This document shows, one piece after another, positions 59,114 to 64,000 of a DNA stretch of 64,000 bases (position 1 is the stretch's first letter; each line of letters begins with the position of its first letter). Location: the NCBI GenBank assembly GCA_965227295.1, contig OZ245742.1:1792001-1856000 (forward strand), read 5' to 3'. The stretch comes from Leptonemataceae bacterium (GTDB lineage: Bacteria > Spirochaetota > Leptospiria > Leptospirales > Leptonemataceae). Under the pieces are notes generated by a model. The model saw nothing but the letters and a program-made list of their open reading frames with translations, made no database searches and was not told the origin of the DNA. The position numbers and the translations under genes were made by a program.

Positions 59114-60715
59114 ATGACGACGGAACGCTTCACGAAGCTTTCTCTGGCCGCGCGCGGTGAGCGGGCCTACAATTATCTGCGCTGGTTTCTGCTGTTTGTG
59201 TTCTCCGCCGCGGTGGCCAGTTCGGCCCTGAACGGCGTCCTGCCTCCGGCCACTCTGCCGTATTTTATGGCCGGCCTCGGGCTCTTCGCCTTCGCGGCCG
59301 TGCTGTCGTTCATACTCCAGCGCTTTGCTCGTTTTCACGTCTCGTTCACGTACGTATTTTTTACCCTGGAGTGCGTCGGCCTGTTGATCGTAAACATGAG
59401 TTATCTCAGCATCGAAGGCCGCGCGCAACTCGCGCCGCTGCGCAATAACGTCTTTTACGCGGTCTATGCCCTGTTGATCATCGGCGGAGTGCTGCGTTTT
59501 TCGCCGGTGTTTAATCTTATATCCGGCAGCGTACTGGCCGGAATCTACCTGGCCGTTCACTTCGTCGCCATGGCGGTCGTGCCCGGACTTTCGTTCTCCG
59601 GCGCCCGGGCCGTGAGCCCCGAGTATCACGTCGCCGCTGTGGACATGGTCATCGGAGCCGTGTTCATTTTCGTGGGCGGGTTGATACTGGCCGCCGCGAC
59701 GCGGTACGTGCGGCGTTTGTTGATCCAGGCGAGCGATTCCGATGCGCAGAATGCGGAGACCCTGGGCTGGCTGGAAGCGTTGATCGGCGACGCGGCGAAC
59801 ACCGTAAACGCCGTGGCCGGTACCGCTCAGGAACTGGATGCCATTACCGCCGAAGACGAGGTCAGCGAACAACAGCGCGTGGCGGCCATCGAAGAAACCT
59901 CGGCCACTACCGAAGAAATGAACGCGGCTATGAATGCCGTGAGCCGGCAAACTCACAACCAGGATAACTTATGCGATGAAAATCTTACGTCCGTGCAGGC
60001 GTTGAATCGTTTGCTGGACGAAGTCCTGGAACTGAGTCGTTCCATCTCCGCCGAATCGCGGGAGATGCTGGAGCAGGCCGCCGCCGGGGAGACCCGCATC
60101 AACGAGGCCGTCGGAGTGATCGAGGGCATTGAAGCGCGCACCGACGAGGTGGCCGAGGCGCTCACCGTAATCAACGGCATTGCCGATCGCACGAATCTGC
60201 TGGCGCTGAATGCCGCCATCGAAGCGTCCCGGGCCGGGGAAGAAGGTCGCGGCTTTACCGTGGTCGCCGACGAGGTCGGAAAGCTCGCCGAAGAATCGTC
60301 ACGCAACGCGAAAAAGATCGAGGGCAGCATTCGCGATACCAAAGACGTCGCCCGCCGCGGCGTCGAATACTCGGCATCCACTCTGGAAGCATTGCGTCGC
60401 ATTATCGGTGGTATTGAAACGTTCGTCCAGCGCATGGAAGCCGTTCACGGTCGTTTGCAGGAACAACACAGCGCCGGGCAAACGGTGCTCTCGCAGACGG
60501 AGCGCATTCAATCGATGGCCCGGGCCATTCGCAAGGCTACTGACGAACAGCTCTCCGGGCTGCGGGAGATTCAAAATTCCATGACGGACATTACCAAACG
60601 TTCGGAGACGGCGAAGGAGTCCGCCGAAAAGATTCGCACGGTGGCTTCGAACCTGGCGCGCAGCAGCGCCGAACTGAACGAACGCATCGAAAGCGCGCGG
60701 CAAATGACTGTTTGA
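59114..60715 (+). CDS. Methyl-accepting chemotaxis protein
   Basis: N-terminal TM bundle; [33 protein letters not shown]. Confidence 0.95.
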   Translation: MTTERFTKLSLAARGERAYNYLRWFLLFVFSAAVASSALNGVLPPATLPYFMAGLGLFAFAAVLSFILQRFARFHVSFTYVFFTLECVGLLIVNMSYLSIEGRAQLAPLRNNVFYAVYALLIIGGVLRFSPVFNLISGSVLAGIYLAVHFVAMAVVPGLSFSGARAVSPEYHVAAVDMVIGAVFIFVGGLILAAATRYVRRLLIQASDSDAQNAETLGWLEALIGDAANTVNAVAGTAQELDAITAEDEVSEQQRVAAIEETSATTEEMNAAMNAVSRQTHNQDNLCDENLTSVQALNRLLDEVLELSRSISAESREMLEQAAAGETRINEAVGVIEGIEARTDEVAEALTVINGIADRTNLLALNAAIEASRAGEEGRGFTVVADEVGKLAEESSRNAKKIEGSIRDTKDVARRGVEYSASTLEALRRIIGGIETFVQRMEAVHGRLQEQHSAGQTVLSQTERIQSMARAIRKATDEQLSGLREIQNSMTDITKRSETAKESAEKIRTVASNLARSSAELNERIESARQMTV

Positions 60716-60736
60716 TCGGCGGGCGTCTTCGCGCCG

Positions 60737-61894
60737 TCAACACGCATCTCCGCCCCCGTCGACCAGAGCGCGCCACTCATTCTTTTGTGCATCGAAGATG
60801 TGAATCGTGTAACCCGCGGCGTCGAAACCGTAGTGCAGGAAGATGATCTCCGGCGCGCCGTCGCCATTCACGTCGACCAGGTTCGAAAAGTAGTACCGGC
60901 CGCCGTAGCCCATCTGATCCCCGGAGAGTTTTTCGAATTTCTCGAACTCCACGGCGTCGACGCTGCGCCGGTCCTTGCGCAAACGTACGATCAGCGCCAC
61001 GTAGTACTGTTCCGGAGCCCAGGCATCGTCTTTCATGATCGCCGCCACCGAGAAGCGGGCGACGGCGTAAGTGGCTTTGTCGCGAAAGTTGCGAAAGCGA
61101 TACAGGGCGTCGTACTTGAAGTTCTGCTTGAGTTGCTCCGACGGCACGCCGCCTTTCGCGAAGACCAGGCGCGCCCGGCGCGAGAGTTCTGTGACCAGGT
61201 CCTCGAAGTCCGGATGAGGCTCGTGTTTCGCGTCCGGCAGGTTCTCGGCGATGCGCGTTAACTGAAAATCACGGAGACTTACGCCGGCGCTGACCACGTA
61301 CGGCCGGTTGAACCGCGACTTCAGCCCCGGGTTCGGTGCGCGCAGCCCTTCGTTTACCTGGCAGCCGCCCACCTCACCGTACTCCAGGCCGCGGATGATG
61401 CCCGTCTCAATGCCGCCGTCGCTGGCTTCGAGTTTCGCCCGGCGTCGTGCCGCATCCTTCGCCCACATCAAGTAGGCCTTATCGTTCCCGGAAACACCGA
61501 CCCACTGCTGCTTTGCGCGCAGCGCCAGGGGCCGGACCTGCATGTCTTCGCCCTCATGGGATCGAACCAAACCGACAAAGGCCGCTTCGGTCATTTGATC
61601 CGGCGATACCGGCGAAAGAAAATCCATGGCTGCGAAGCCTTCGAGCTTTCCTTTTTCGTAGCGGACGCGCACCCACTGGTAGCCGCCTTCGAACTTCCAG
61701 TCGTCGTCCAGTATCGTGAGTTTCGCCCCGCGCGGCGCGGCGCCGACGATTTTACCGCCCGGTGTCGCGCGCAGGTTGAGCGGATCCTTTTCGGTGAGCA
61801 CATAGTAGACGTCGCCGGTGGATTGGGCGGAGAGCATCATGGCTCCGAAGGCTAAGATAAATCCAGTAACGGTTAAGGAGGCGTAGTATCTCAT
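60737..61894 (-). CDS. Exported protein with N-terminal bacterial SH3 domain
   Basis: Signal peptide; LNLRATP, WVRVRY...EGF; C-terminal DVNGDG.PE. Confidence 0.75.
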   Translation of the reverse strand: MRYYASLTVTGFILAFGAMMLSAQSTGDVYYVLTEKDPLNLRATPGGKIVGAAPRGAKLTILDDDWKFEGGYQWVRVRYEKGKLEGFAAMDFLSPVSPDQMTEAAFVGLVRSHEGEDMQVRPLALRAKQQWVGVSGNDKAYLMWAKDAARRRAKLEASDGGIETGIIRGLEYGEVGGCQVNEGLRAPNPGLKSRFNRPYVVSAGVSLRDFQLTRIAENLPDAKHEPHPDFEDLVTELSRRARLVFAKGGVPSEQLKQNFKYDALYRFRNFRDKATYAVARFSVAAIMKDDAWAPEQYYVALIVRLRKDRRSVDAVEFEKFEKLSGDQMGYGGRYYFSNLVDVNGDGAPEIIFLHYGFDAAGYTIHIFDAQKNEWRALVDGGGDAC

Positions 61895-61999
61895 GGCTGG
61901 TCCCTGAATAATGTACAGGCGAGCCCGTTTGCGGCGGGGCGCCCAAAACTAAAAAAACCTCTAAAACTACACGATGTTTTTGCACGGCGCGGCCGCGAT

Positions 62000-62032
62000 A
62001 AAAAAAAGGCCCCCACGCGGTGTGGAGGCCTT
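62000..62032 (-). terminator. Intrinsic terminator
   Basis: Minus strand AAGGCCTCCAC-ACCGC-GTGGGGGCCTT continuing into a T-run. Confidence 0.8.
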
Positions 62033-62053
62033 CACGGATGCACATTCGTCAGA

Positions 62054-62221
62054 ATCAGCTACTGGAACAGTGCAACGGCCGTGCCATGATAGACGGCCCT
62101 GGAATCCGGGGGTTCACGGAAAACAGAACGGGCGCTCTGCCGTTCTGGCAGGGGAATGCCGGATCGGCAGGGCTGAAACCGAACGCCGACGTCGGCGTCT
62201 TACGAGCACAGGGCTGATGTG
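62054..62221 (-). ncRNA. Candidate 6S-like long-hairpin RNA
   Basis: Nested helices ATCAGC/GCTGAT, GTGC/GCAC, GCCCTG/CAGGGC, ATCCGG/CCGGAT, CAGAACGG/CCGTTCTG; TGAACC...GGATTCCAGGG motif; followed by a terminator. Confidence 0.45.
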
Positions 62222-62318
62222 GAAAAGAATTGCCGGGGGCACCGGTGTATATACACTGTCCGTCCCGAATCGCATCGGCTATAATTAGCGTATTTATTGG
62301 AAGCAACAGGAGCGCAGC

Positions 62319-63590
62319 ATGAGTGATAAACCCTACATCCTGGGCGGGGCCCAGACCGACTTCGCCCGGAACTGGTCGAAAGAGGGCAAGACCTTCGTTT
62401 CGATGTTCCGCGAGATCGTCGAAGACGGACTGATGGCCGTGGGCCTGGACTACGACGAAATCATCCGCCTGAACAAAGAAAATCGCGTCGCCGTTTTCGT
62501 CGGCAACTTCGACGCGGAGCAGTACGCGAATCAGGGTCACCTGGGCGCGTTCCTGACCGAAGTGCACCCGGCCTTCTACGGCGTGCCTGGCGCTCGCTAC
62601 GAAGCGGCCTGCGCTTCCGGCTCCGTGGCCCTCGACGCCGCCGGCACCAAAATCCGTGCCGGTGACTACGACGTCGCCATCGTCGTCGGCCTGGAAGTGA
62701 TGAAGACCGTTTCGTCCGCCGTGGGTGGCGACTTCCTCGGCACCGCGGCTTACTACGAAAAAGAGGCGAAGGGCATTGAGTTCCCCTTTCCGAAACTCTT
62801 CGGCAAGCTGGCCGACGTTATCGTCGAACGCGCGAAGATCAAAGAAGACCGCGTTATGCAGGATCTCGCCGAAATCTCCCGCATCAACTACGACAACGGC
62901 AAGAAGAACCCGAAGGCGCAGACCCGGAACTGGTTCATGAACAAGGACCACGCCACCACCCGCGGCGGCGACTACAACATGGAAGTGGGCGGACGCCTGG
63001 CCATTACCGACTGCTCTCAGGTAACCGACGGCGCGGCGCTGTTAGTCCTGGCATCTCCGGCTTACGCGAAAGAGTTCGCGCAAAAGACCGGCAAGAAGAT
63101 CCAGGACTACACCGTTCTGAAAGGCTGGGGCCACCGCGTGGCGCCGATCCAGTTCGTGAACAAGGTCGAAGAATCCAAAGACGACGAGTTCATCCTGCCC
63201 TGGACCCGCCAGGCCGTCAAAGACGCCTACAGCCGCGCCGGCCTGGACATCGACAAAATCGACGTCATCGAGACCCACGACTGCTTTACCTCGAGCGAGT
63301 ACGCGGCCATCTCCGCCTTCGGAATCACCGGCCCCGGCGAAGAGTACCAGGCCATCGAGGACGGCGTCATCGACTTCAAAGGCAAGAAACCCATCAATCC
63401 CAGCGGCGGCCTCATTGGCGCCGGTCACCCCGTGGGCGCTTCCGGCGTTCGTATGGCCCTCGATGTGCACAAGCAAGTGAACGGCCAGGCCGGCGACTAC
63501 CAGGTCGAAGGCGCGAAGAACGGCATTATGCTGAACATCGGCGGCTCGGCGACCACGAACATGACGTTCGTCATCGGGAAAGATGACTGA
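62319..63590 (+). CDS. Thiolase (acetyl-CoA acetyltransferase, SCP2-thiolase-like)
   Basis: [37 protein letters not shown]. Confidence 0.92.
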   Translation: MSDKPYILGGAQTDFARNWSKEGKTFVSMFREIVEDGLMAVGLDYDEIIRLNKENRVAVFVGNFDAEQYANQGHLGAFLTEVHPAFYGVPGARYEAACASGSVALDAAGTKIRAGDYDVAIVVGLEVMKTVSSAVGGDFLGTAAYYEKEAKGIEFPFPKLFGKLADVIVERAKIKEDRVMQDLAEISRINYDNGKKNPKAQTRNWFMNKDHATTRGGDYNMEVGGRLAITDCSQVTDGAALLVLASPAYAKEFAQKTGKKIQDYTVLKGWGHRVAPIQFVNKVEESKDDEFILPWTRQAVKDAYSRAGLDIDKIDVIETHDCFTSSEYAAISAFGITGPGEEYQAIEDGVIDFKGKKPINPSGGLIGAGHPVGASGVRMALDVHKQVNGQAGDYQVEGAKNGIMLNIGGSATTNMTFVIGKDD

Positions 63591-63633
63591 GCTAAGTTAA
63601 TTTGCCGGTGGTTAACGCCGGTGAAGCAAAAGA

Positions 63634-63668
63634 GCGGCCGCTTCGGGATTCCGGGCGGCCGTTTTTTT
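63634..63668 (+). terminator. Intrinsic terminator
   Basis: GCGGCCGCTTCGG-GATT-CCGGGCGGCCG followed by TTTTTTT. Confidence 0.8.
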
Positions 63669-63758
63669 GTGCGCGGGCTTTGATTAAGTGTCTAACGAAA
63701 AAGACAACCTTTGACTCAGGAAGATCAGCATCCTGAGCACTCGCGAAAGATCGTCATC

Positions 63759-64000
63759 TTAGCTCGCCGTAACATCCCGCCCGCTCAACTCAAACGCCGG
63801 AGCCGCGGCGAGCAGATGGCGGTCGTTGCTGTAGACTTCTTCGAAACCGTGCAGTTGCGCCGTGGCGAGATGCACCGCGTCGTTCGTTCGCAAAAATAGT
63901 TTTTTGGGCAGCGCCGCGAACTTCTCCCCCACCGCGCTGCGTACTGCTTCAGTGAGGGGATAGAAGTTCCAGACGCCGTCCACCTCGTCGGCTTCGAACC
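63759..64000 (-). CDS. PIN-domain protein, C-terminal part (cut by the window edge)
   Basis: LRTNDAVHLATA......VYSNDRHL..AA. Confidence 0.8.
   Translation of the reverse strand, partial: FEADEVDGVWNFYPLTEAVRSAVGEKFAALPKKLFLRTNDAVHLATAQLHGFEEVYSNDRHLLAAAPAFELSGRDVTAS

Noticed and set aside
62055-62951. 298-aa minus-strand ORF
   Set aside because: Mostly an antisense shadow of the thiolase gene, as is common in high-GC DNA.

Overview
GC-rich bacterial chromosomal segment, most likely from a Leptospiraceae-type spirochaete (inferred from the tmRNA tag ANNEMALAA, the NVVS-for-HIGH ArgRS motif and the lipoprotein/outer-membrane protein repertoire). Most of the window is housekeeping and metabolic genes: purB, argS, a class A PBP, fatty-acid activation and beta-oxidation genes, an xdhC-mocA-iorA-iorB molybdoenzyme cluster, two NAD-salvage routes, several regulators (MarR, TetR, AraC, GlxA, a sigma54 activator), tRNA-Arg, tRNA-Thr, tRNA-Tyr and tmRNA. 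The most unusual signals are: (1) a modular, non-coding repeat family of about 376 bp found at four loci, all in the same orientation, with compensatory base changes in a shared hairpin; (2) a vapBC - long LOG protein - uracil-DNA glycosylase gene string in which the LOG protein appears to carry a degenerate dCTP-deaminase/dUTPase-like domain; (3) a nadV-nadM pair with a degenerate Nudix box and a structured 5' leader; (4) two structured-RNA candidates (6S-like and Flavo-1-like); and (5) an internally deleted IS5-type element inserted into one repeat copy. All calls come from reading motifs by eye. No database searches or folding programs were run.
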